Shown piece after piece: positions 28,123-37,243 of a DNA stretch of 53,961 bases. Origin of the DNA: Anaerolineales bacterium (GTDB taxonomy: Bacteria; Chloroflexota; Anaerolineae; Anaerolineales; RBG-16-64-43); contig JBAVFZ010000279.1 in assembly GCA_049684495.1 (NCBI GenBank), positions 1 to 53,961 of the forward strand, read 5' to 3'. The stretch's first letter is position 1; each line of letters begins with the position of its first letter. A model generated the notes under the pieces. The model made no database searches. It saw only the letters and a list, made by a program, of their open reading frames with translations, and was not told where the DNA came from. Both the position numbers and the translations under genes were made by a program.

Positions 28123-28956
28123 TTGAATCACATCGAGGGCACTTTCCGCGGCCTGCGGAACGCGGATATTTACTATCAGGCGTGGCTGCCGGAAGGCGAA
28201 GCCAGAGCCGCGCTGCAGATCGTCCACGGGCTCGGCTCGCACAGCGGGCGGTATGGGAGCGTGGTGGATCCTCTCGTCCGGCTCGGTTACGCCGTCTATG
28301 GGCAGGATCATATCGGCCATGGTAAATCCGGCGGCGCGCGATGCATGATCAACCGCTTCGAAGATCTCACCCATCCCATCACAATGTTTACCGGAATGAT
28401 CCGGAGCTGGCAGACGGGAAAGCCCGTCTTCCTGTTCGGCCACAGCATGGGCGGGCTGATCGCGACTGCCTGCCTGCTCGACCATCAGGCGGATTTCAAA
28501 GGCGCCATCCTTTCCGCGCCGGCGATAGCGATTCCGGAGGGCATTTCACCGGCGAAGATCCTGGTCGGCCGGTTCTTATCGGTGATCGCGCCGAAGTCGG
28601 GATTGCTCCGATTGGATCCCGCCCGGTTATCGCGCGATCCGGCCGTGGTCAGCGCTTACCGCAACGACCCGCTGGTATACCACGGCCGGACTCCCGCGCG
28701 ATTATCCATGGAACTCGTCAAGGCGATGCGGCGCGTCGGCGGGGAACTGAATAAAATCACCCTGCCCTTCCTGACCTTTCTGGGCGGTGGAGAGCAAATC
28801 GTCAATCCCGACGGCGCGCGGCGGCTGTATGAAAATGCGGGCTCCCAAGACAAGACGATCAAGGTGTACGAAGGGCTGTACCACGAGACGTTCAACGAGC
28901 CGGAGCGCGCCCGCGTGCTGGAAGACATGAAACGCTGGCTGGAGGAGCACATTTAA
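28123..28956 (+). CDS. alpha/beta hydrolase, monoacylglycerol lipase / lysophospholipase-like (paralog 2)
   Basis: 277 aa, colinear without gaps with 7631..8464. HGLGSHSGRY, GHSMGG, YEGLYHETFNEPE. TTG start with a GAAGGAG SD. Confidence 0.85.
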   Translation: MNHIEGTFRGLRNADIYYQAWLPEGEARAALQIVHGLGSHSGRYGSVVDPLVRLGYAVYGQDHIGHGKSGGARCMINRFEDLTHPITMFTGMIRSWQTGKPVFLFGHSMGGLIATACLLDHQADFKGAILSAPAIAIPEGISPAKILVGRFLSVIAPKSGLLRLDPARLSRDPAVVSAYRNDPLVYHGRTPARLSMELVKAMRRVGGELNKITLPFLTFLGGGEQIVNPDGARRLYENAGSQDKTIKVYEGLYHETFNEPERARVLEDMKRWLEEHI

Positions 28957-29030
28957 TTAATGGCAAACGGTCCGGTGTTCGCTGCGCTCCGGACCGGTCA
29001 CTTCCCCCCATGCTATTCCTCCTCCCACGG

Positions 29031-29903
29031 TCACCGGGAATTTTTTTCCGTTACCGAGCCAAGAGTTTTCCAACCCAGCAGCAGCATCACGGCCGCCAGA
29101 AAAATGAACACGCCCGCCTCCACCGGGCTGCTCTCCACGCCGGATCTTCCCATGTTGACGATCATCGCCACCAGCGCGATCCCCATGCTGGCGCCCTTGA
29201 CCACCAGGATCGAGGAGAGCAGGTAGCCGAGCGGCCGGCGTTTCCAAAGCAGGATTCCGCTGACCACGGCCAGCGGCACGACAATGCCCAGATCCATCAC
29301 CTGGATGAACAACGTGGTATAGCTTTCCAGCCCGTACGGCGCCTTCCCCGAGAACAGTTCCGGTACGAACCGCCCCGACCAGGCGATCAAGAGAAAAGCG
29401 GCGGTGCCGAAGCACAGGGCGATGAGGCCCCTGCGCGGATACCCTTCGGCGCAGTGCGCCGGAAGCGCGGGCAGGTCGATTTGCGCCGCCGCCAGCGCCA
29501 CCGCGTAGATCGAGAGCCCGAACAGCGCGATGTATATCGGAAACAGCGGGTTGAACCAGGTGCCGAATGCCATCGAGGTGTAGGTATAGAAGAAATACCC
29601 GAGCACGCCCGTCAACAGCAGACGGCCGCGCAGCGAACCGCGGTTGGCCAGGATCAGTGCGGCGGCCAGCACCGGCACTCCGATGAACAGCGTGACCGCG
29701 TCCTGGGCCTGCGCCTGGACCGAGCCGGAGGTCGGGTCGTAGCGGTACAGCCCGGATCCGGTGATTTCCACCCGCTCCCCCATCACCGATGTGAATTCGA
29801 ACGGCTCGCCCGTGGACGGCCAGAACAACCCGGCTCCCGCGGCGAGGATGGAAAGCAGGATGATCGCGATGGTGAGGATGGTCAAGATTCTTCGTTGTGA
29901 CAT
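29031..29903 (-). CDS. hypothetical integral membrane protein (about 7-8 TM)
   Basis: 290-aa ORF with regular hydrophobic helices and coding-like composition. No family recognised. Confidence 0.7.
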   Translation of the reverse strand: MSQRRILTILTIAIILLSILAAGAGLFWPSTGEPFEFTSVMGERVEITGSGLYRYDPTSGSVQAQAQDAVTLFIGVPVLAAALILANRGSLRGRLLLTGVLGYFFYTYTSMAFGTWFNPLFPIYIALFGLSIYAVALAAAQIDLPALPAHCAEGYPRRGLIALCFGTAAFLLIAWSGRFVPELFSGKAPYGLESYTTLFIQVMDLGIVVPLAVVSGILLWKRRPLGYLLSSILVVKGASMGIALVAMIVNMGRSGVESSPVEAGVFIFLAAVMLLLGWKTLGSVTEKNSR

Positions 29904-29947
29904 GGTAGAAATTCCTTTCCATTAGTGAGTGATCGACCTTGTAAGAG

Positions 29948-30036
29948 GTCATTGCGAGGAGCGAAGCGACGAAGCAATCTCCAGTTTTCGACTAGAGAAG
30001 GAGATTGCTTCGCTCCCTTCGGTCGCTCGCAATGAC
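29948..30036. repeat. palindromic intergenic element, copy B (inverted relative to copy A)
   Basis: GTCATTGCGAGGAGCGAAGCGACGAAGCAATCTCC (29948-29982), a 17-nt loop, then GGAGATTGCTTCGCTCCCTTCGGTCGCTCGCAATGAC (30000-30036). Confidence 0.8.
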
Positions 30037-30177
30037 CATCCGTTTTTAGCCTGCCGCTTGGAGCGGCAGCTGTGCCGCCCAGTCCCGGATTTTCTTCCAA
30101 TCCCGCTTGTCGCCTTCCGGCGAGCCCACGATCCGGCCGATGGTTTTTTCCACGAAGGACAGTTTTTCCGGATCAAC

Positions 30178-30549
30178 TCAACCGGCGAAGAAGGCCGTGG
30201 ATACCGGCGTAACCACCTTTAATACCGGCTGGATGTAAGCCTGCCGGCCGGCGCGGTCTTCTTCGCTCTCACCCAGCGCCATGATATGCGCCGTGAAGAT
30301 CGCCACCGGCATGGTTCCAAGAGTCTCTCTGAAACGCGCGGCGAAATCGACCGCCGGCGCGAGCCATTGCCCGAAGCGGACCGCGCTGCCGAGGACCACG
30401 GCCGAGTAACCGGTTAGGTCCGTCACCTTTTCCACAGGCGCCACGTCCACCGCTGAGCCGCGGGCGGCGATTTCCTCGGCGAGAGCTTTCGCGATCTCGC
30501 CGGTCGACCCGCACTTCGAGACATACCCCACCAACACTTTTCCGCCCAT
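30178..30549 (-). CDS. flavodoxin-like (Flavodoxin_5 / HemG-like) protein, ended by a TGA that looks premature (see finding)
   Basis: MGGKVLVGYVSKCGSTGEIA...VVLGSAVRFGQW is flavodoxin-fold. ATG at 30549 with SD CAGGAG. The upstream part of the track ORF (to 30738) is R/P-rich. The reading frame continues in-frame past TGA 30178-30180 to TAA 30046-30048. Confidence 0.7.
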   Translation of the reverse strand: MGGKVLVGYVSKCGSTGEIAKALAEEIAARGSAVDVAPVEKVTDLTGYSAVVLGSAVRFGQWLAPAVDFAARFRETLGTMPVAIFTAHIMALGESEEDRAGRQAYIQPVLKVVTPVSTAFFAG

Positions 30550-30712
30550 TTTCTTTTCTCCTGAAATCGTGGTTGCGAGCAGTTCAACCGGCGGCGTCAT
30601 GGCCGCCATATACGTCGCGCCGCCGGCAGGCCGGGCAGGCCGCCCCCAGCGCTGCGGCGGAGCATCCGAGGAATTGGCGCCTGCAGATTTTTCCCATCGG
30701 CTTCTCCTCTTA

Positions 30713-30736
30713 TTTGAACAGTGTTTACTTAGGTTC
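30713..30736. promoter_or_regulatory. second, degenerate copy of the TetR operator between tetR and the flavodoxin-like gene
   Basis: GTGTTTACTTA (30721-30731) is identical to 31376-31386 in the main operator. The flanks are partly conserved (ACAGTGTTTACTTA versus ACGGTGTTTACTTA). Confidence 0.4.
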
Positions 30737-30749
30737 AAAAAAAGAGAAA

Positions 30750-31358
30750 TTACTTTTTTCGGACCACATTATCGATCATCGCTACCAGCAGGTCGTCGAA
30801 GAAACGGTCGAACTCTTTTCCGTAGGCCTTCATGATCGTCAGCCGGAGCATCGCCGCGCCGTGCACGGTGATCCACATCTGAAAAGCCAGCATCGCCGAA
30901 TCGATCCCTTCCGGCAACTCGATTTCGCCGTTGCGAACCCCCTGCTCCACCATTGCGATCACCGGTGCGAAATGCGGATCCTTGCGGATGTCCTCCGGCG
31001 CACCGTACGGAAGGTCCGGCGTGTTGAACATCAGCTGGTAATGCTCCGGATAAGCCGCCGCAAAACGCAGGTACTGCCGGCCGCTTTCCACCAGCCTATC
31101 CCGCGCGCCCAATCCGGGCGGCATATCCGCATCCATCGCATTCGAGATCGCCCAGCTTTCCTCGCGGATCGCCTGCAGGATCTCTTCCTTGTTATCGAAG
31201 TGCTTGTAGATCGCGCCCGGCGTGTAATGCAGTTCCTTCGCCAGCTTGCGCATCGAAAGCCCGGCCAGCCCCTTTTCGACGAAGAGCTTCCTGGCTTTAT
31301 CGAGGATCTTCTGGCGCGAGAGGTCCCGGCGCTGCGGGATGTGCTTTTTTCCGGCCAT
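30750..31358 (-). CDS. TetR/AcrR-family transcriptional regulator
   Basis: N-terminal HTH RQKILDKARKLFVEKGLAGLSMRKLAKELHYTPGAIYKHF, with a helical C-terminal domain. Confidence 0.9.
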   Translation of the reverse strand: MAGKKHIPQRRDLSRQKILDKARKLFVEKGLAGLSMRKLAKELHYTPGAIYKHFDNKEEILQAIREESWAISNAMDADMPPGLGARDRLVESGRQYLRFAAAYPEHYQLMFNTPDLPYGAPEDIRKDPHFAPVIAMVEQGVRNGEIELPEGIDSAMLAFQMWITVHGAAMLRLTIMKAYGKEFDRFFDDLLVAMIDNVVRKK

Positions 31359-31360
31359 CG

Positions 31361-31392
31361 GACAAATAGTAAACGGTGTTTACTTATTTGTC
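31361..31392. promoter_or_regulatory. TetR-type operator: 32-bp near-perfect palindrome abutting the tetR start codon
   Basis: GACAAATAGTAAAC-GGT-GTTTACTTATTTGTC has arms complementary apart from one extra A. It starts 3 nt upstream of the ATG (31358). Confidence 0.6.
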
Positions 31393-31477
31393 AAGGGGAT
31401 TATGGAAACTTGGTTTTTCCTTACGTGTTCTTTGTGATAAATATCGGCCATAAAAAACTCAAAATACACGCAATAAA

Positions 31478-31852
31478 CACCCTCCGCGTGTTCCCGGCAC
31501 ACCCAGCGCCAGGCGCGCCCGGCACGCGCGAGTAATTTCTCCGCCGTGTCCGGCCCCCACCCACTCCACGGATAGGCCAGCCGCGGCGACTCCCCGCCGC
31601 GCTCCAGCCGTCAATGACCGGGTCGATCCGCCGCCAGCAGGAATCGATGCTGTCGCCGCGGGCTACCAGGAATGCGTCCCCCTTCAGGGCCCCGAGCAGC
31701 AGCCGCTGATAGGCATCCGGCGGCGTCCCCCCGCACGACGTGAGGGGATGAAAAATCATATCCACAACGCGGATGTCGCGGTTACTGTCCGGGACCGTGG
31801 GATCGAAATAAAGATGGATTCCTTGATCGGGCTGCAGGCAAATAGTCGGAAG
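31478..31852 (-). pseudogene. 3'-terminal relic of a second glucose-6-phosphate dehydrogenase gene (frameshifted, 5' truncated)
   Basis: The minus-strand translation ICLQPDQGIHLYFDPTVPDSNRDIRVVDMIFHPLTSCGGTPPDAYQRLLLGALKGDAFLVARGDSIDSCWRRIDPVIDGW aligns with the C-terminus of the intact Zwf (33236..34720). After a frameshift near 31588-31596 it continues SPRLAYPWSGWGPDTAEKLLARAGRAWRWVCREHAEG. Confidence 0.8.
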
Positions 31853-32066
31853 CCGGTATTGTGGACTGAAACCTGGTTTTGTTTAAATGCGAATGAGAAC
31901 CGGGGCGGCCTTATCCCACCCGGACCATCCCGGAATGAGGGTTACCACCATTTCCCTGATGCAAATACCTCCCAATAGTAGTCAATAGACTACAAGGAAA
32001 TGTGATGTATATTTTAACCAATCGGTTAACCCGATAGCGGAACAAAACCAGAAGGGAGATTTACCC

Positions 32067-33083
32067 ATGCGGAAGTGCATCCGGATTTCTCTCATCCTCA
32101 CGTTTGCGGGGCTCCTCGGGGCATGCAATTTAGCTTTCGGCGCCAAGGCTACGGTATCCTCGCCGACGGCGACCATCACGTCCACGGCCGGATCCATCCC
32201 GGTCCCGGCAACCGACACGGTTTCGGCGGTTACAGCGGTCTTCACGGGATCGCCGCCCGGCGAACCGCCCGCTTCCATCGGATCCTGGTTGACGGATCCG
32301 ATGACGCCCGCCAAGGCCAAGGACGGCTACGCCATCGCCGGCGACGATTTTGCGCACAACCTGTTCGAGCGCCCGCTGGATCCGGCTCTGGCCTACCGGC
32401 CGGATATCGACATTCAAGGGGCAACCTTGACCCTGGACACCCAGTGGCTGTACATAACCATCCAGCTGAATGGAACCAACATCGGAAAGGAAACCCTCGA
32501 TGCCAATTACGGCGTGGAGCTGGACGTGAACCTCGACGGGCGGGGAGATTTCGTCATCTGGGCACAACCGCCCTTCACCACCGCCTGGTCGCGCGATACG
32601 CTGACCGTTTATGGCACGTCGACCAACATGGTCGGCGGCACCCGCCCGCTCCTTTCGGACGCCCCCTGGAAAGGGGAGACCTACAATAAAATCCTCTTCG
32701 ACGTAAAAACCTCGCCGGACGTGAATGCGGCTTGGGTGCGCGTTTCCCCCAAGGACCCTAAAATCCTGGAGATTGCCTTCTCGCCGGAAATCGTCCAGAA
32801 ACCGGCCAAGTTCTTATGGGGTGCATGGGCCGACGACGGGATCAAGGATCCGAAGCAATTCGATTACAACGACATCTTTACCAAGCCGGAAGCCGGATCG
32901 CCGTATAAATGGGATCCGGAGTATCCCCCCAAAGCCATTTTAGCTGTGGACAATACTTGCCGCGCTCCGTATGGATTTAAACCCAACGGCAGTTTACCGG
33001 GGCTTTGCGAGTCACAACCCACGCCCGGTCCGACGACGAAAGGGCCCACCCCCACCCGGACGTTGATCCCGGGCCCGCCTTAG
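32067..33083 (+). CDS. hypothetical secreted lipoprotein (338 aa)
   Basis: Lipobox LLGAC|N, an S/T/P-rich linker and a Pro/Thr-rich C-terminus. SD GAAGGGAG. It is the only plus-strand gene in the 29-54 kb block. No family recognised. Confidence 0.75.
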   Translation: MRKCIRISLILTFAGLLGACNLAFGAKATVSSPTATITSTAGSIPVPATDTVSAVTAVFTGSPPGEPPASIGSWLTDPMTPAKAKDGYAIAGDDFAHNLFERPLDPALAYRPDIDIQGATLTLDTQWLYITIQLNGTNIGKETLDANYGVELDVNLDGRGDFVIWAQPPFTTAWSRDTLTVYGTSTNMVGGTRPLLSDAPWKGETYNKILFDVKTSPDVNAAWVRVSPKDPKILEIAFSPEIVQKPAKFLWGAWADDGIKDPKQFDYNDIFTKPEAGSPYKWDPEYPPKAILAVDNTCRAPYGFKPNGSLPGLCESQPTPGPTTKGPTPTRTLIPGPP

Positions 33084-33124
33084 CACCGGCCTGGAATTGC
33101 GTTCCGTGGTTCGGATTAATAATA

Positions 33125-33162
33125 AAGCCCTCCGGGTTCAATGGATCCCGGAGGGCTTTTTC
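33125..33162. terminator. bidirectional rho-independent terminator between the lipoprotein gene and zwf
   Basis: AGCCCTCCGGG (33126-33136) and CCCGGAGGGCT (33147-33157) form a perfect 11-bp stem. TTTTTCTGTT lies downstream on the plus strand, and the complement of AATAATAAA lies downstream on the minus strand. Confidence 0.8.
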
Positions 33163-33235
33163 TGTTCGGAATAAATACGGATACCGGCGCATGGGGCGCC
33201 GATCCATGCCTCATTGGGCGGGCTTTCTATCCCCG

Positions 33236-34720
33236 TCATCCTTTTTCCGAATGCTCCAGGCACACCAGCCGCCACGCGCGCCCGTCGCGCGCAACGAGGT
33301 CATCCGCAGCCTGCGGCCCCCAACTCGCGCGCGGATAGGAAAGCAGCGGCGGCGTATTCCCGCGTTCCCATCCCCGGATGACCGGGTCAACCAGCCGCCA
33401 GCAAACCTCGATGCTGTCGCTGCGCGTAAAGAGGGACGCATCGCCTTTCAGGGCGTCCAGCAGCAGCCGCTCGTAGGCATCCGGCAAATCGCCCCCGAAG
33501 GAGGTGCGGTAGTGGAAGTTCATATCCACCGTCCGGATTTCACGGCTCGAATCCGGCAGCTTGGCGTCGAGTCCGAGGTGGATGCCCTCGTCGGGCTGAA
33601 TGCATATCGAAAGGAGGTTGGGCAGGCATTCCTTGCAGCCCTCCAGGTCGAATACGTGGAACGGCGCCTGCCGGAATTCGACGATGATCTCGGACTGTTT
33701 TTCCGCCAGGGCTTTCCCCGAGCGCAGATAGAACGGCACACCCCTCCAGCGCGGGTTGTCGATATACAGCTTGATGGCCGCGAAGGTGGGGGTCTGCGAG
33801 CCGGGCGCCACCCCCTCCGTTCCGCAAAAACCCTCGTACTGCCCGCGCACGGTATCCGCAAGCCGGATCGGCCGCACGGAGCGGTATAAACGGACCCTCT
33901 CATCCCGGATCGCATCCGCGTCGAACGACGATGGCGGCTCCATCGCCACCAGCGCCAGTAGCTGGAACAGATGGTTCTGGAACATGTCGCGGACGACCCC
34001 CGCTTTGTCATAATAAGCCGCGCGCCTTTCCACATCCACGGTTTCCGCAACCGTGATCTGCACGTGATCCACGTAACGCCGGTTCCACACCGGCTCGAAG
34101 ATCGCATTCGCAAAACGGAAGAAGAGGATGTTCTGGGCGGTCTCTTTGCCGAGGTAGTGGTCCATCCGGTACACCTGATCCTCCCGGAAGACCGAGTGGA
34201 TCTCCCGGTTAAGCGCCTTGGCCGAAGTCCGGTCGCGGCCGAAGGGTTTTTCCACGACGATCCGGCGCCAGGAGCCGCCGCGCTCCGCCATGCCCGCCTT
34301 TCCAAGAAACTCGGCGACGCCGGAAAAATATTCGGGCGCGCTGGCCAGATAATACAGCCGGTTCGCCGGGCCCTGTTCCAGCCCGCGCAGATAGGTGTTT
34401 AATTTTTGGAAATCATCCAGGGAATCCAGGTGGCCCTGGAAATAATGCACCCGCTCCGTAAACGAATCCCACACGGCGGGATCGAAGCCATCCGCCAGCG
34501 CTTCCTTCGTCCCGGTCCGCAGCCGCTCCCGGAATTCCCCGTCGGTCCAGGGACGGCGGGCGAATCCGACGATCCGGGCGCATTCCGGCAGGCGTCCTTT
34601 TTTAAAATTGCCGTAGAGCGCCGGGACCAATTTGCGCCAGGTTAAATCCCCGGTCGCCCCGAAGATAACCAGCGTGACCGCCTCGCAAGTTTTATCCATC
34701 GCCAATAACCTCATACTCAA
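33236..34720 (-). CDS. zwf: glucose-6-phosphate 1-dehydrogenase
   Basis: [14 protein letters not shown] (NADP site), RMDHYLGKE (active-site motif) and [13 protein letters not shown]. The likely true start is the ATG at 34699 or 34714 (track start 34720 is TTG). Confidence 0.95.
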   Translation of the reverse strand: MSMRLLAMDKTCEAVTLVIFGATGDLTWRKLVPALYGNFKKGRLPECARIVGFARRPWTDGEFRERLRTGTKEALADGFDPAVWDSFTERVHYFQGHLDSLDDFQKLNTYLRGLEQGPANRLYYLASAPEYFSGVAEFLGKAGMAERGGSWRRIVVEKPFGRDRTSAKALNREIHSVFREDQVYRMDHYLGKETAQNILFFRFANAIFEPVWNRRYVDHVQITVAETVDVERRAAYYDKAGVVRDMFQNHLFQLLALVAMEPPSSFDADAIRDERVRLYRSVRPIRLADTVRGQYEGFCGTEGVAPGSQTPTFAAIKLYIDNPRWRGVPFYLRSGKALAEKQSEIIVEFRQAPFHVFDLEGCKECLPNLLSICIQPDEGIHLGLDAKLPDSSREIRTVDMNFHYRTSFGGDLPDAYERLLLDALKGDASLFTRSDSIEVCWRLVDPVIRGWERGNTPPLLSYPRASWGPQAADDLVARDGRAWRLVCLEHSEKG

Positions 34721-34785
34721 TCTTCACGGGATCCTCGGGTCGACCGGTCATCCCGATGCGCACGCCCGTCCTCGCCCGCCGGCGG

Positions 34786-35805
34786 TTAATATTCAAGCCG
34801 TTCCGGATCGGCTTTAATCCGCTTGCGAAATATCCAATAGGACCAGGCCTGGTAAATTACCACGACGGGAATAAAGATCAGTGCCACGATTGTAGATACG
34901 CGTAGCGAATAGTCCGAGGCGGCGGCGGTGTAGATCGTAAGGTTGAAATCCGGCCGGAGGCTTGACACCATCACCCTCGGGAACAGCGCGGTGAAAAATA
35001 TCGCCGCCAGCAACAGAATCGTCAACCCGCCGAAAGCGAAGGCCCATCCGTCGCGTTTCCGCCCGAGAAAGTAGCGGATCAACACCATCCCGGCGATCGT
35101 CCCGACCGGCAGGAGGATCGATCCGTACCCGAGACGGTTGAAGATATCGGTGGATGAGAAGGTGAACGCCAGGAATACAAAGGTCAGAAACAGCGCGGCG
35201 GGCCACAGCCGCCGTCCGGCCGCGCGGGCGCGCTCCCCGAGCTCCCCTTCCAGTTTAAGTCCGAGGAAGTTGGCGCCGTGCAGCAGAAAAATGGAAACGA
35301 CCGCCAATCCGCAAACCAGGCTGTAGGGGTTGACCGGCGCCAGCAGATCCCCGGCGTAGATCATGTGCCCGTCGATCGGCACCCCGCGCAGGAGATTGGC
35401 GAACAGCGCGCCGAGGATCAGCGCCGGGAGCAGGCTGCCGATCCAAATCGCGGCGTCCCACGCGCCGCGCCACGCCGCGCCGGAGCCCCGGCCGCGGAAT
35501 TCGAAGGCGACCCCGCGCGCAATCAACGCCAGCAGGAGCAGGAAAAGGACCGGATAAAAGGCGCTGAACATGGTTGCATACCATTGCGGGAAGGCGGCGA
35601 AGGTCGCGCCGCCGGCGGTGATCAGCCAGACTTCGTTGGCGTCCCAGTGGGGGCCGATGGCATTGAGGATAGTCCGTCGCTCCAGGTCGTTCCTTCCCAA
35701 TAAAGGCAGCAGCATCCCCACCCCGAAGTCGAACCCTTCCAGGAAGAAGAAGCCCGCGTAGAGGACGGCGACTAAAACGAACCAGAGCTGGTTAAGATCC
35801 ATCAT
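34786..35805 (-). CDS. cydB: cytochrome bd quinol oxidase subunit II
   Basis: MMDLNQLWFVLVAVLYAGFFFLEGFDFGVGMLLP is a typical CydB N-terminus. Eight or more TM helices. It directly follows cydA. Confidence 0.9.
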   Translation of the reverse strand: MMDLNQLWFVLVAVLYAGFFFLEGFDFGVGMLLPLLGRNDLERRTILNAIGPHWDANEVWLITAGGATFAAFPQWYATMFSAFYPVLFLLLLALIARGVAFEFRGRGSGAAWRGAWDAAIWIGSLLPALILGALFANLLRGVPIDGHMIYAGDLLAPVNPYSLVCGLAVVSIFLLHGANFLGLKLEGELGERARAAGRRLWPAALFLTFVFLAFTFSSTDIFNRLGYGSILLPVGTIAGMVLIRYFLGRKRDGWAFAFGGLTILLLAAIFFTALFPRVMVSSLRPDFNLTIYTAAASDYSLRVSTIVALIFIPVVVIYQAWSYWIFRKRIKADPERLEY

Positions 35806-35834
35806 CCACCTCCATCACACTGCCGGCGGACAAA

Positions 35835-37196
35835 TCACCGGGCCGGGACGGAGCCGGTTTCCCCCGCCGGTATCCCCGCCTTCGCGGCCCGCATTAAAAG
35901 GAAGACATCGATCACGAGCAGGAACGTGTAGGCGGATGCGAAAACCGACAGGCTCATCAGCACCAATCCCGGAGTGAGGTTGGGGGAAATTCCGTCCGCG
36001 GTCCGCATCAGGCCGTGAACGATCCACGGCTGGCGGCCTGTCTCCGTCAGGATCCAGCCGGTCGTGTTGGCGAGGTAGGGCAGGACGATCGCTCCGGGAG
36101 CCCAGCGCATCCACGCCGGCCACCGGCCGGGCGCCCTGCGGTACCCCAGGTAGAGGGCGAATGCGGTCAGCGCGATCATCAGGAATCCGAGGCCGACCAT
36201 GATGCGGAACGTCCAATAATCCAGCGCCACCAGCGGGGAATAGTCCCCCGGCCCGTACGCGGCTTCGTATTGCGCCTGCAGTTGATGGATCCCCTCCACC
36301 GTCCCGGACGGCTGCCAGAAATACAACAGACTCAACCCGGCCGGGACGTCCAGACTCCACACCACGTTCTTGCCGGAGGAATCGAAGCCGGCCACCACGG
36401 AAAACGGCGCCGGATCGGCCGTGTCCATCACGCCTTCGGAAGCGGCGGCCGCCATCGGCTGCACCTCGCGCACATACCGGCTTTGCACATCGCCCGCCGC
36501 GGCGACCATCACGGCGGCGATCAGCCCCACCCCGGCGGACAGGCGGAACGAATAGCGGAATTCCTCCCCGTCCTTTCCGCGGGCGAGGTGCCAGGCGCTG
36601 ATGCCGAGCACTAAGAACGATGCGGTGGCGAAACCGGCGGCCATGGTGTGCCAGAAAAAAAGCAGCGCCCGCGGATTGGCGATGATCGCGAGGATGTCCG
36701 TCATCACCACGCGGCCGCCCTCGAGGCTGTAGCCGACCGGATGCTGCATGAATGCGTTGGCGGCCAGGATCCAGAACACCGAGAGCGCGCTCCCGACCCC
36801 CACCATTCCGATCGCCGCGGCATGAGCCCCCTTCGAGAGCCGATCCCATCCGAAAATCCAGATCCCCAGAAACGTGGATTCCAAAAAGAAGGTCGCCAGG
36901 GCTTCGATGGCCAGCGGGGCGCCGAAGACATCCCCCGCGAACCGCGCGAATTGCGACCAATTCATGCCGAATTGGAACTCGAGCACGATGCCCGTGACAA
37001 CCCCCACGGCGAAATTGATGACCAGCAATTTCCCCCAGAATTTTGCCAGCCGTTTGTAAACCTCCCCGCCTCCGAGGGCGTAAACCGCTTCCAGGATGAA
37101 CACATACCAAACCAGCCCGACCGTCAGCGGGACGAAGAAGAAATGGAAGATCGTTGTGACGGCGAACTGCAGCCGGGAGAGCAGCGTCACATCCAT
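35835..37196 (-). CDS. cydA: cytochrome bd quinol oxidase subunit I
   Basis: MDVTLLSRLQFAVTTIFHFFFVPLTVGL and the GWILTETGRQPW motif. Confidence 0.95.
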   Translation of the reverse strand: MDVTLLSRLQFAVTTIFHFFFVPLTVGLVWYVFILEAVYALGGGEVYKRLAKFWGKLLVINFAVGVVTGIVLEFQFGMNWSQFARFAGDVFGAPLAIEALATFFLESTFLGIWIFGWDRLSKGAHAAAIGMVGVGSALSVFWILAANAFMQHPVGYSLEGGRVVMTDILAIIANPRALLFFWHTMAAGFATASFLVLGISAWHLARGKDGEEFRYSFRLSAGVGLIAAVMVAAAGDVQSRYVREVQPMAAAASEGVMDTADPAPFSVVAGFDSSGKNVVWSLDVPAGLSLLYFWQPSGTVEGIHQLQAQYEAAYGPGDYSPLVALDYWTFRIMVGLGFLMIALTAFALYLGYRRAPGRWPAWMRWAPGAIVLPYLANTTGWILTETGRQPWIVHGLMRTADGISPNLTPGLVLMSLSVFASAYTFLLVIDVFLLMRAAKAGIPAGETGSVPAR

Positions 37197-37243
37197 TCGG
37201 GTCTCCTGCCAGGCCGGGGATTATTCCGGCCTGCCTGCTAATT

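Noticed and set aside
30178-30180. Selenocysteine or genome-wide TGA recoding as an explanation for the in-frame TGA in the flavodoxin-like gene.
   Set aside because: TGA clearly terminates other genes in the window. No SECIS-like compact stem-loop follows, and I know of no Sec-containing members of this family. I kept it only as a minor alternative in the finding.
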